64,000 bases of DNA from Selaginella moellendorffii (GCF_000143415.4 NW_003314341.1:308991-372990), one strand, 5' to 3'; positions 13,619 through 27,000 are shown, counted from the stretch's first letter. Notes: a model not told the origin generated them from the letters alone. Translations and numbers: made by a program.

Positions 13619-15475
13619 CTACTTGGAGACAGTACCAATACATTTAATTGCCTTACCTTTTCTTGCTGGCCTCCTATGCATCTTTGTAGGAATAGTTTTG
13701 GTTCTGTCACTCATGTCTTCAACTCTCCTCTCAAGATTGAAACTAGATTTCTCAAGGTTTTCAATCTCATTTAAGGTGAGCGCGACCCCATTAGCAACCG
13801 GCCATGTTTTAGGTATTACATCAGGTTTAGTCACTATAGTGTTTTCAAGCTGCTTCATATGGTTGCCATCAGTGTTGCAACAATATAGCCAGCACCATCT
13901 CAAAAATTCTACTTGCTTTCATTCCCCATAGAAACATGGGGCTGGAATAGAAGCAGATTTGTCACCACGAATCCAGGCCTAATATTTGCCCCTTAGAAGC
14001 ATCCCCACACACCTTACATTCAATTTTGCTGGCACGTGTCAGATTGCCCATTGCTTCGGCTCCACATTATGATAAGCAATTTCAACCTATTGGGATGCAC
14101 TCTCTTCATCAACCACTTGAGGTAGCTCAATCCGAAAGTAGTGTCTTAGAGCAAAATGGTACTTAACATCAGGCCTGTGAGAGCATTTCGCTCTAAGGTC
14201 TGTACCAACATTTTCACTAGCAAAGGAAAAATGATGCTTTGAGCAGAGAATTTTCATATCACTAATAGAAGCTCGGGGAATGTACTTCATAGATATGCCA
14301 CAGACCACTTCCTCAACTGCAATTGCCACTATTCGGGCAGGTGGAATTAATTTTCTCTTCATCCTATCATGTAACATCTTAACAAAAGGCCTTGTTCCCA
14401 CATATCTTCCTTCCTTGAATGCCAGTACTTTTGAAGATTGCTCTATAGCACGTATCAAATTTAATAGACAGACTTCGTATAAACTCATCTTCCCTTTCTT
14501 TGCCTCAAAGGAACACTAACTCCAGTGCTTACTTTCGGAGAAATCACAGTTGGGGTGTATGCAAGGTTCTCAAGTGGTTGATCCTAATGGAAAAGGCAAT
14601 ATTAAAAAGTAATATAATGAGAAGAAAAAATAGAAACCAACCTGAAAAAAATGATGTCCTCATTGGAATATCCTAACTTCCCACCACCCTAACCATAACT
14701 CAAGTTGTGGTAGGTAACTTATGTCTGTATGGCCATTTTCACGCTACCACATTCAGATCTCATTTGCTTTTACCTCATGCTCTTGTTTAGAAGGTGCAAT
14801 CTGCCATTGTATGCACAACTCCTTAAATATTGATTGAAAATTTGGCTTGATAAAGTGGCAATGCTCGTTTATGCTTTGAGCCCAATGGAACTCACAAGTC
14901 CTATCACAACCTTCCAATAGCTGACCATTCCCAAAAACTACTCGAACACCATTTCAGTTTGCAAAAGCCCCATTTGCCATGAAACTGCGAAAGTGTGCAG
15001 GCTTACCAGTCCGCTTTAGGATAATATCAGAGAGGGACTTCCAAAATATTTCCTGGGTTGTCTGGTCTTGTACTTTAAACTCTGCTATCACAATTGTCAA
15101 GTTACAACATAGCCTGTGAAAACACAAATATTATAACAATTTCAATATAATGAGAATAAAAATTACTTTGGATCATACACATAAGCTCCTATGGTTGTCC
15201 AACCTGATACGCGCTCCATATGGTCAAAATGAACCTATGCATTTGCAAGGTCACTGGACCCAAACATGTCCATTCGGGAGATAAAGTCTACACTAAAGAC
15301 AGGGCCCATGATAGACATTTTGAAGATAAAGGGGCACTCTTGCTCATTCATAACTTGGTCTGGAAATAAACTTCTATGGATGAACTTGTATGGACAGATC
15401 CGTTTCAATTCAAGGATGGAGTCAATTTTTTATTGTAACTTCCCCTCTCAAGATTCACACATCCAAGATTTTATC
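13619..15475 (-). pseudogene. MULE (MuDRA-like) DDE transposase, decayed; its 5' part continues at ~27897-28260
   Basis: VHFDHMERVSGWTTIGAYVYDP (first Asp), HFRSFMANGAFAN (second Asp site, now N) and DRTCEFHWAQS (CxFH motif at 14873-14905); stops present. Confidence 0.78.
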
Positions 15476-15479
15476 CTAA

Positions 15480-15503
15480 AAGCTCTATTTCGTTAAAGTG
15501 GGA
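15480..15503 (+). repeat. Left TIR AAGCTCTATTTCGTTAAAGTGGGA
   Basis: Exact reverse complement of 27816-27839. Confidence 0.95.
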
Positions 15504-15921
15504 ATTGTCATTATCCCACTTGTAAAATAAGGTTTCCAAACCTTTATATAGTATATAAATATAACAAAATTCAACTGCATTGAGGCACATGCCATTTTAT
15601 TTTAAACAAGGAAATGTCTACTCAATCACTTCTCCTCCCCCTGCCACTACTTCACCTCTCTCTTCTCCTTGTCATCGTCGTCCAATTTCTTTCCATCCTT
15701 TTAATATTGGCTCAGTTGCTCCGAGTCTAGGTGGAGCCCAAGTCCCCATTCAATCTTTACTTTCCCATTATTAATAAAACAACTTCGTAGACTTCCAATA
15801 ACATGCTGTAACACTTCTAGTATAATGCAAATCCTCTCAAAGAATTGTCTTTTAATATTAATACAATGGCATGGAACCCCATGCCATAATAAGTTACATT
15901 TTTAAATAAATACATGCCATC

Positions 15922-18900
15922 TCAGATTGTTATTTTTTGCCTCCAACGCCTATACAATAATCTTGGAATTTCATCACTCTCCACACTATTAGGATTTAAA
16001 CCCAATAGTAATGCCATCTCTTCTCTAATACGTCCACGCTCATGTTCAGTGGTCGAAGAACCCATCCGGTTGAGCAGATTATGGAGATGCGGATAGTGCT
16101 TGGCTAGACAATATACATGCCATAAATGATGACTGGTGTCTATCCGATCAAATGGCTTCTGATATACCGTTCCATCTGCCATTTGGTTGATTTCTGCAGC
16201 CACCTCCTGGACTGGCCGGTTCTCTATCACAATCGCTCCAAGCCGTTTTGCAAGGTCCCCCAGAACATACAGTTTCTTCTCCCTAGTTTCCATACTGCAA
16301 GAGATGGGGTGCACTGCATATGTGTGCGTGTTCGCTGCAGTTTTAATCGGCGAGTCATCGATGATGAGGATTTCACTTGAGCTAGCAGTCCGGTTCATCA
16401 CTACAGCCTCTGGCTTGACGAAGATGGGCTTGCTACCCCTCACATGGACCATAGTCAAGCAATCCTCCTGCGTTAGGAGAAAGTCAAATGGTAATATTAC
16501 TCGCGTCTGATCGTGCATCATCTGTAGCAACGTTAATGCATTGTGGCGCATCATGGATGTCTAAACTCCCAATTGCAAATTGAACCCGGCCCTCTGTTTT
16601 AAGTGTCGCATGGTCATTATTAGATCCCGCAGTTTCTCCCGTGTGATTAATGTGAATCTGTCTCTTTTGACCAACTTGCGACCGCAGGCTTTGGAGGGTG
16701 CAATGACATTCGAGGACGAGCCACGCTCATGGGAGAAAAGGACACCGTTCAGATCAAAAACGATACAGTACCTTCGCCGTGACTCTAAAATGAAATGCGT
16801 CAGCATAAAAAATGGTACAAGTCAATTTTACCATCTACAATATTAGCGAATGTTGCTCCCGATGGTCGTTGAGAGGGTTTTGGTCGAGGAAACGTGAAGG
16901 GCGGAAATACTCTCCTCTGCAATGTGGGGTCAATCGCATCCGATGGCGTGTGGGCACATGCCATTTCAGCTGTAGACTCTGGTACAACTGGCTCAACAGT
17001 GGCATGGGGTGGTTCCGATGGCGTGTGATCACACGCCATTTCAGCTGGTGCCTCCGTTGGCAAAGTGGACATGACCGAACAGGCAGCAGGGGCGGTGTAG
17101 GGAGGTTCCAACGGCGCGTAGTCAGACGATTGGGCACACGTTGAGTCCGTTGGAAATGAGGATACGACCGGCTCGGCGACTGGGGCGGCCTCATGTGGGT
17201 CCAATGGCGCCTGGTCACCGTCAGTTGGATACGTGGACAAGATTGACTCAGTGGTATGGGCAGCATCAAGTGGAGCGTGGTCAGCTTGCTTGGCGTTGAT
17301 ATGGATAGTAGCCTCCACCAGCTCTGATGACTCTTGCAGCCAAGTAGAGTCCACTGGCGGATCCATATGCATGTCCAAATATCTCCCTTCGATTGAGATG
17401 GTATCCTCCCGTGCTACTAAAAACAAACTCATTAGCACATTGAATCGACTATACTGTATTTACCATCAACTGCTATTGAGGAACTAGGACCGATATCACT
17501 TGGGCGCACTGCTGATTCTGAAGGATTGGACATACGTTTCGACCCTTGCTTGGCACTATCCTTCCTCGACACTAAAGGCTAGAGTTTGTAAATTCAACTG
17601 AATAATCTCTACTTACCATTTGCTCTGCGACCTACATGGACAATGTTAGAAATGGTAAGAGGTTAGGAATGGATGTATTTACCTGATGGTTTGTCTTGTA
17701 TGACCTTCCTCCGCTGCTCTTTGGCCACCTCAGGCTGGCCATCGTCGTCATCATCGTCGTCGTCGTTATTGTGATCGTCACCATTGTGAGGACCATCCAA
17801 GTCCTCTTCGTCCTCCTCTTCTTCGTCCTCCTCTTCTTTGTCCTCCTCTTTGTCCTTCTGCTCTTCCTGCTCATTATCTTTCTCTGGCTCCTCATCCCCC
17901 TCCTGCATTTCTTCCATAGGCTGCTCAGGCTGGATGGCTTGTTCTTCCAGGACCATCTTGGGAAAATCATCTGGCCGAGTCTCCATCTCAAAATACAAGA
18001 CATCCATAGCCTGTTTTAGTGTGTGACCTAGGACCGTATCCTCACCCGACTGTCTTAACATGGTTTCTGCACGTTCTTGCACCCTTCGAAGACAACGAGA
18101 TGAGAAAAACGTGGCCCTGACTTGAAAAGCTTCCCTCATCCATTGTACCTCTCCATTGAGATTGGGGAAGGGGAGTCCGCCATAGGAATCTGAGTCATGA
18201 GGTGGTGACTGCCTGCTTTCACTCAGCCCTTGATCTGCAATGAATGGCATGAGCACACACGCCATAACCGCGAGGCATTACCTATCATCTTTTCGTTGCC
18301 CTTCTTCCTTTTCGAATCAAACGCCTCTGATTTCGACGACTGTCCAACGTGCTTTCGCTTTTTATGACCACTGTCAGTTTGAGCTTGGCTGGTGCTTGCC
18401 TGTTTTGCCTTTGAAGAAGTTTCTCCTGCAAGGAATGGCATGAGACCACACGCCATTGCAAATATAATTTGTACCTCCTTTTTTCCTATTGCTTGTCTGT
18501 TTGTCCTTCTTCGATGCGCCACCAGTGCGCTTTTCAGTCCTCGTGTCTGAATATTCACAACGATCTATAATCAAAATGGCGTGAGGCCTCACGTGACCTT
18601 ACCTTGTGTAGGTTGTGAGCTCGGCCCAACATGGGTATCTTCAACAGTAGCTGTTAACGCCGTTTCAGCATCTGGGGGTGGCCACACTCCTGCATACAGA
18701 GCTTGTGAGATAACATTTAAACTTAAAGTGCGTACTCACCAGGTTCGCAGAGAAGATACTGTTTTTCTTTGGCAACTGTAATTATATGCTCCATTGAAGT
18801 CACCTCTTCAATGGAGTTTGTCACCGCAACACACGGGACACCCTTGAGTAGTGCGGCTCGAAAGAATAGTCCGCCGCAGTTGTACTCGACAACGCATTTG

Positions 18901-21317
18901 CCCTTGGAGTCGGAAGCAGGTGACCCACCCGCTATTGCGTTGAAGACCCAGCTGAGCATTTCCCATGCTGCACCTGGAGCTTTCTTTGGATTCGAAAGCT
19001 CCATAGTCGTCTTCAGTTCCTCAGGCACGGGTAAATTGACCTCCCTCAGATCAATTCGATTGGCCTTGTCGAACGAAGCTGGGAAGTCACTCCAGTCCCA
19101 CTCTGCTGCAGGACCAATAACAAGGGCGAGTGTGAAGATGCGGACATTCGTCGGTATCTTCTTCTTAGCCATTATCCCATGGATCTCCCGCATCTCCTTG
19201 CCTTTCAACCGAGCCTTCACCTCGTTCAAGGCCTTCCAGAACTTGTGATAGGATTCGGAGTCGTAGATCATATAGTGGACTGAAGATTCCACCTCCGCAA
19301 GTCCCACCATTAAGTCAATGATGGAGCTGACTTCGTCTGCATGAGTGATCTCCTCGTTTGTGAAGTCCATCACACAAAAGATGTTCTTGACCTGCTCATC
19401 TCCGCGGGAAACGATGCTCCTCCACCTTTGATCCTCATCCGAATTCAAGTATACCCGGTAAGGTTCTCGATAGGCCTCTGCTGCGGGGTCGAGCTGTTTC
19501 TGAAGCCGGCGGTCGACATCAATCTTAATGAAATTTGGATACTGATCCAACTTCGCAGCTTTACTTTTCGTGGCATCCCGCAGCAGATCGATGAACTTGG
19601 GGGCCCCCTTTACGTACTCGTCGATGTCTTCATTTGACAACTCCAGCGCTTCCATCATCTCTTGCGTGGTGTTGATGCTCACCCTCTCCACGGCCACTTG
19701 CTCGAAGATCCAATCCTTCAATAGCGCACGAGCTCTCAGAGTCGTGCACAAGTCCTCGTATGTCACAATATGGCCGGGAGTCATTTTGGTCTTGTTGAAG
19801 ACTACCTCACCACGTAGAAGAGCATTAGCCACTGTCAGAAGGTTGTCGTCGTCTAGAGACCGCGAGAAACGCAAGGCGTTGAGCTTCAAATCATTGGGCT
19901 TTTGGCCGTCCTCCACACCCATTGAGTTTAGCAACTCCCCGTCATGGTACCTCCTCAGCACATCTACCCATTTGTCAAAAACAACTTTTGTCGCGAGTAG
20001 AATGTTATGGATGCTGAGTGTGTCATTGACCCCCAGTGTTTTCGAGAGAAGACTCGAGAATTCCTGCAATGGAAATGGCGTGAGGCCACATGCTATGCCA
20101 CATACAACGAGGCTTACCTGCCAGGCGCTAGTTGCTAGTGCACGTCCTTGTCCTGGTTTTTGTGGCTTCTTTAGTTGAACCCAGAGCTTCCGTGTTCGTG
20201 CCAATGTCTCGTGCAGACCCGATTTGTAGCACGTTTCTTGCTTGACATTCTGCGCGTGGGAGATGTATATGATAGATCGGAGGGGCGAGTTGCCTTTTAT
20301 CAGGCGGACAACTCTTGTCTTGAAGACTTTCTTCACCTCCTCGCCCACCATAATATCCACAACTATCTCTTGCATCGCCAAGCTAGAATGCTTCCCGGAG
20401 ACGGCATAGAACTGGATGTTCTGATCATCCAACACCTTCCTATTGATCAAGTCTGGAAACCTCATCTCGCCCTTCATTTTTTGGTAGTAGGGAATCACGT
20501 CTGCAATGTCGGGTGTTACTGGACTTGCCAGCATCTTCTGCTTCAATTTCTCCACCCACTCATCAGATACTAGCCTGTGGTTGTATTTGCTTTGGATGTC
20601 GATACGGCTCACGTCGATTGTATATACTTTGTTGGAATAGTAACAAGTACTATTATCTGCGACGATTTTTGCTGCCTCTTCTTGCTCTTTCTGCTCTTTG
20701 CGGCTCTTCTTTTTGGTGGGTGTAGTGTTCGAACCCGAGGCAATGGCATCACTGAGTAGCTTCTTTTTTGGAGCAGGAGAGTCGGACGTCGGCTTGAGCT
20801 TGACCACCCTTTTCTGCTTCGAGGTAGTTTCCAGATCGACCCCCTTCCCCTTTGCTTCGCGAACTGGAGTCACTCTCAACGGCTCAATGTTGGAATATAG
20901 TTTTTGAACATCGCCGTAGGTGAGGTCCGTGGATTCCATGTGATCTTCATAGACCCGCAGCGTCTTTGAAATTGTGGGCCTCCTGGACAACCTCTCCCTA
21001 GCTCCCTCTAGGAATTCCTCATAGCCGCTGCCCCCCTCCGGGAAGCCGCTAAGATGTGCAAGGTGGATCTTGAAGGCAGACGCTGTCTCTACCACAAGTG
21101 CCAGTCCATATTCTTGCATGGAACTGCATGGAGTGTCTGTCACTTGGATGAGGATCCCCATGCATTCTTTTCTCCCACCATCTGTGTTGTACAGCCTCAG
21201 ATCCTCGCCTTCCATCCCGAAAGTCCAACTGGTGAGCTCCTCCCCCTTCTCTGCATCCACATTGACAGTGGCTGGAAGAAGAACGCAATTCCTCGCCTGT
21301 TCAGAAATGCACAACAA
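15922..21317 (-). CDS. Multi-exon cargo gene (~1,650 aa): ParB/Srx-like domain, degenerate beta-class MTase-like domain, acidic/low-complexity linker, FCP1/NIF-type HAD phosphatase; one premature TAG at 16561-16563
   Basis: Exons 21317-20118, 20063-18740, 18689-18603, 18564-18475, 18425-18282, 18234-17683, 17631-17617, 17571-17464, 17416-16832 and 16784-15922 join in frame through GT-AG introns of 38-54 nt. Motifs: HRLVSDEWVEKL..FYAVSGKHS; NPKKAP..GKCVVEYNCGG..AALLKGVPCVAV; IVFDLNGVL..ILIIDDSPIK. The 5' end is uncertain, with possible exons up to ~21540. Confidence 0.8.
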
Positions 21318-22754
21318 TTAGAGCTGACAGATGAAAAGCTAGTAGCTGGAAATAACATGAGGCCACACGCCATTCACCACTGCATCAGATGTCTTGAGGC
21401 TGCATCCTAAGATGGCGTGAGGCTACACGCCATCTGTAACCGGACTGCACTCGAGAGCCCAATCGGTGCATGCCAATGTTGCTACTGAATGGCATGTGGC
21501 CTCATGCCATTTTTTACTTGGCCTAAAAGACTTACCATTTGAAGCCGAATGGAGGCGTGACAACCGGACTCGCTGGCGAATGTGCACTGTGTGTGCAGCG
21601 GATCGTAGCAGCAAGGCTACTCTGCCACTTACAGTTGGAGAGTGGCGCTGAAATCTCCCGGGACGCCAAGTGGGCTGCGTGTGGGTGGCGGAGTGGGCGG
21701 CGGAGTTGGCGGCGAAGTTACAAACTGGGTGTGTCTTGAAATGGACGCCGATGCACACGAGCGCGATGCGAGCGCGAGTGTGATGCAAGCGCGAGTGGAC
21801 GCCGATGCACACGAGAAACCTGTAGAGAAGTGGGAGCGCGATGCGAGCGCGAGTACGAAGCAAAATGCAAAACCTAACCTCACACGCGCGAAATGTCATG
21901 ACGGTTGGTAATCCTGCCACATCATCATTCCTCGGACTTGGGCGCCACCATTAATTTCTGGATCGGCGCGCGCATGCGTGAAATCCAAAAGAAATCCGCA
22001 ACGTCATCATTCCTCGGACTGCATGCACGAGAAATCCAAAAGAAAGATCATGATTGGGATATCATTTAATACCCTTGCTATATTTATACTATGCATGATT
22101 GGATATTCCAAAGCATCTTGTATTTCCAAAAATGCCAGATGTTCAGCTAAATAAATTGTCAGAGGATTTGATGTGACATTCAAGCGTGTGGGCTCATGCA
22201 ATTTTGATCCCAAAAAATGCACCAAAAAATGCTCGGCGTCATCTGGCGTTATCTCTTGAATGGCGTGGGGCCGCATGCCATTTTCAGGAGCACATAGGAG
22301 TATATTCCTAGAATATTCTGACACGAGCGAGATTGTTTTGAGTTTCGTGGAGATCCAACCGTTAGATCGCAACTAGATTTTACAGAATGGTATACAATGT
22401 CCTTCTTGATGACCCTGCAAAGAAGCATCTCGATCGGACACCACATGAGACCACACGAGCCTTACAATGTTTCAGGGGCATTTGCCATAGATCCGACCGT
22501 TATTTTGCTCCAAGATTCTACAGTTTGGTGTGCATTGACCTTTCCATCGACACTGCAAAGGGACATCACAATCAGATGCGGGATCACAAGAAACCAACTT
22601 CACTAACTCTGGTTTCACCAAGATCTACGTAAGGAGTTATGAAATGAAAGGACCCTCTCTATTGAAATGTGTTTATGGTCCTAGGGGCATTGTGACATAT
22701 CAAAGGATTTTGCATCAAGTTCTGTATTTGCATGTTTATCAAGCTACTGAATTG

Positions 22755-22787
22755 CTAAACCCTAAACCCTAAACCCTAACCCTAAAC
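22755..22787 (+). repeat. Short interstitial plant telomeric repeat / telo-box cluster (CCCTAAA)n
   Basis: ctaaaccctaaaccctaaaccctaaccctaaac. Confidence 0.85.
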
Positions 22788-24081
22788 ATGTGGCAAATGC
22801 TGCGTGAAGAAAGATGCCCTTTCTAAGCAAATGCTGTAAGAGGCAGATTCCGAGCAGATGTATCTCAGGCCAGCGAAGGGGACAAACGAAAGCTAGCTAT
22901 AAACATGACGGGATGCAAATAGATTACTAGGCTGGTCCTGCGAAAATCAAAAACCATAATTGAAAACATTGAAAATGCAAAAAGAAAGGTTTATAATATT
23001 TTTGAATTTTAAGCAACCAAATGAATGTAAGTAGGGCATGTGTTTGTAAGTTTAAAAATGCCTCAACCACTTAAATTCCCAAGTAAATAAAGCTGTTTCT
23101 ATTTTTGGTACAGGTAAACTTTATAGCGTGTGGGCTCATGCAATTTTGAACCCAAAAATGCACCAAAAAATGCTCGACTAGCATTATTCTTTGAATGGCG
23201 TGTGGCCTTATATTGCCATAAATGGACGTACACACACAACATAATTATTCCTTTACATGGCGAATAATCTTGGCGCGGATCGCTGACATGGCATGGCAAA
23301 GTTCGAATCACTGACATGGCACAGCTGGATCGAGGCAAGGACATGATGTGACAAAGTTCAACCTCCGACAGCAAAGTCTAGAAGCTACTCAGTTTGAAAT
23401 TTGTCAGAGGAATCATAAGATCTGGTTTGTCAGAGGATTTGATGTGACGTTCAAGCGTGTGTTATTTTTTAATTCTCGAACTCATTCCTAGGTCTATCAT
23501 TTTTGTGCGCCGTGTTCTTGGTTCCGCTGAGCGCAGTGAGCGCTGCTTGTGTAAGCGGCGTTGTGAGCTGTGGTTTATGCGTCTACAAGCGGTTGCGGCA
23601 TTGCGAGCGCCATTGCGAGCGGCAGTTTATGCAAGTGGCAGTTTGTGCGAGCGGCGCTACGAGCAGTTGCGGTGTTGCGAGCGGCACTACGAGTAGTTGC
23701 GGTGTTGCGAGCGGCACTGTCTTTGGTGTGGCTACCGCTTCCTCTTGATATTCGGCACTTGTGCTTCCTGGTATGTTCACTATGGAATGGTTTAGGACCA
23801 CATTTAGAAATGGCATGAGGCCACATGCCATCTTGGGCCCTTGCAATTTCATGGCTAGCGTATTGTCATGTATGTTTTTACTTGCCTGCAGCTGTGTGTA
23901 TATCAAGATGGCATGAGGCCTCATGCCAATTTTGTGAATGCGAAATTTCACGTGGGTGTCAATAGCATGTTTGAATAATGGCATGTGGCCTCATGCTATT
24001 GAGGTTGTTTGGTATGTTATGATTTAGGCCATTCTCCAATCATTTTTTGTATGGTCTTAACTTCTTTTCTGCACTTTCAGA

Positions 24082-27000
24082 ATGGCCTTCAGGGTTGGGG
24101 AAAAGGTTTACATTTTGAATGGTGGGAAGAGAGTTGCAAAAGGGACCCTTGTGTCTATGGATCGGAACTTTGTTATACACTGTCAAAGGCTTGGGGAAGG
24201 CAATGCTGCTGTATCAGTAGAGACTGTCTTCGATGGGAATGTGGTCGCTATTGAATGAGGAGAGATGGTCGTCGGGGTAAATGTTGTTGTTGCCTTGAAA
24301 AATTTGCAGAAGAAAGCAGATGTTGGGGACAGCGCAAGTGCGACGCATGTTCCCTCCGTGGATCTTAAGAACCGTGCTACATGGATTCAGGCAAAGGTGT
24401 TTCTAAACAACCCCGAGGGGGAGGTGGTAGCTGAGGGCTTAGCCATAGTTGTCGATCCAAGAGATGCGGTTGCTAATCAAGAATTGGGCTGGGATGATAT
24501 TGGAGTTGCGATTTTAGAGGTTGTTGACACAGAAGAAAACAGTCTGACTATTGGAAGCATTGTGCGGTGGAAATTGAGGCATTTAGTGTTTGAGAATGTG
24601 AAGGATTCACAATCAAACACCACTACAACTGATGACAGAACATCTCTTCATGGGAAAAGAAAGTACACCTTCCTACAGCGCAGCCAAAGGGATCTGAGCA
24701 ACGAACCGAAAAGGCAGAAAATGGCGATGGAGGTTCGAATGGTCTCGATAGTTGCTTGTTGCAAGAGGAGGTGCTGTCAACATGCTGATTGGGATGCTAT
24801 TGAAGAGGAGAGAGCAAGATACAAGACATTGTCCTGGAAGGCAGCTCGCAATTTTGTGTATGAGGCATTACGGTCATCTGTTGATGCTTCAGAACATCAG
24901 GTGGGGGGCATGGTCTTCCAGAGGGGTTTGGTCTGCATGAAGGCATGGAGAATCATTTATGGAGTCCCTCGAAGCACATTCTACAGAATCAAAACTGAGT
25001 TCGAGGAACAAAGGGTTCAACAGGCAGTCCATGGGAACGACGGTACGCACAAAACCAGGGGTCATGTTGTATATGGAGAGGCAATCTTCAAGAGGTTTGT
25101 CGAGACATGTAGCGAGCAGCAACCACATAAAACCCGCCTCTTGGAAGATGGAACACGAGACACCCAACGAGTTCTCCCTTCCATGTATACCAAGGGGGCC
25201 ATATTGGAAGATGTGAATCGGGAACTCCAGAGTAATGGCTACAGGAAGCTGAGCCAATCTAGATTTAGTAGATTGTGGAGCAACAGGTTCAGGGATGTGA
25301 GTATAGGAAAGTACTCCAGCTTTTCAAAGTGTGACGAGTGCACTGCTATCAAAATGGCTTTGTCGAAGAATTCTTGCAGCGCTCAAGAGCGAGAGACGTT
25401 GGCTAGAAGGCGGCTCGACCACAACATCGAGCAGAGAAGCTGCAGGACTGCATATTATCATAACAGGATTCTCTCCATGGAGAGACCTGACTCTTACCTC
25501 TGCATCATCCACGACAAAATGGACCAGAAAAAGACGTGCTTACCTCGACTCAATCCTGCCCCCAAGGCAATCTCTTCATCCATGCAGCTGCCTGTGTCTC
25601 TGTTTGGCATAATCGCTCATGGGCATGGTGCCCAGAACTATGGGAACTTCTTTGTACCTCTATGGGGTGGCGGGGGTGCAAACATGATGATTGCGTCCCT
25701 AGCAAAACACTTAAGGTCTCTGCAAAGTGCGCAGACTGAGCTGAACGGCCAACCCTTGCATAAGGCCTTTGTCGATTGAACCCCATACAGGGTTCAGCTG
25801 GAGGAGGAGCAAAGGCTTGCAGTATCGCGTGGGGCCCCATGCCATCCCAATGAATATGTTGGCCGTCAGATTGTAGGGTTATCACGTGAGGCCTCATGCC
25901 ATTCCGACGAGGCTGGTCGCCCGGTGAATGCATAGCCTCATCCAAACGAAGTAGAATCTCAAGGAAGTTCTTGCGGCCGATGTGGCCTTCCACCCCATCT
26001 TCTGCTCCAAACAGACAATGCTGGCAGTGAAAACAAAAACATGTACGTCTTCGCGTACTTGGCGATGCTTGTTGCCAAAGGCATATTTGAAACGGTTACA
26101 CTTGGCTTTCTCATGGTTGGGCACACTCATGAAGACGACGATGCCATGTTCAGTCACCTGGCAGAGTCCCTCCGGCGATCCAATGTCCTCACCCTCCCAC
26201 AACTCTACGATGAATTCCAAAATTGCATCAAAGGCACTGTTGAAGCTGCACTTGTGACAGAGGTTCCAGACTTTAAGGGGTTTGTAAGAGGCTACATCAG
26301 GGACGGATCCGAAACGCTGATTGGCCACTCCAAGCCTCTTCAGTTTCATTTCAGCATGCGTGACGGTGCTCCAGTGATGAGGTACAAGATGAGAGAATGG
26401 GACACAGTGTGGCTGCCAGTGGACGGCATTGAACTCTTCAAGAGAGATCCCATAACTGGGGAACCTATGATTCCTCAGGGTTCCCCACGGCCAATGCACC
26501 CGGATGGACTCAAAGACCAGGAAAGTATAGTGGCCGGGATTAGACAGCATATTGCCTTCTGGAAGAGGGGGTTGGTGTTTGGTGGAGAATCCTATTTTAA
26601 GAGGTGCAAGCCTTTGCTCGAATACTGGGAGAAGATTATATCTGCTATCCAAAATGGGCCGGTTGTATATGAAGAATTGGAAGAGTCCTTTTGGCCAGAA
26701 CCCAGAGCACCAGATAGTAGCGGAACAATGTCCTCTGGAAATGCAGTGACAGATAACGATGTTGAGGATCACTATTGTGGGCCAAGGAACAAGAAGCCGG
26801 ATTCAGCATTCAATCCAGTACAGGTCTGCAAAGGAATGGTCGTGCTTGTCAGACCCAGTAATAAAAAACAAATGATATGGGTGGGGCGCTGCATCACTGA
26901 TGCAGAGGAGGACGCGGAAACTAACTCCTTCAATGTAACTGTGGAGTGGTTCAAGCCAAGTTCCGGATATACGAAGGATTTCCTAGAAAAGAGATGGGTG

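Noticed and set aside
18723-21317. Bacterial or phage contamination suggested by ParB-MTase-like motifs
   Set aside because: The gene has spliceosomal GT-AG introns and lies inside a TIR/TSD-bounded element contiguous with plant TEs.
22755-22787. Chromosome end or telomere
   Set aside because: Only 4-5 units, internal to a transposon.
25894-26772. 292-aa antisense ORF and similar shadow ORFs (19570-20178, 52102-52833)
   Set aside because: They are opposite-strand to motif-bearing ORFs in GC-richer DNA and have no recognisable motifs.
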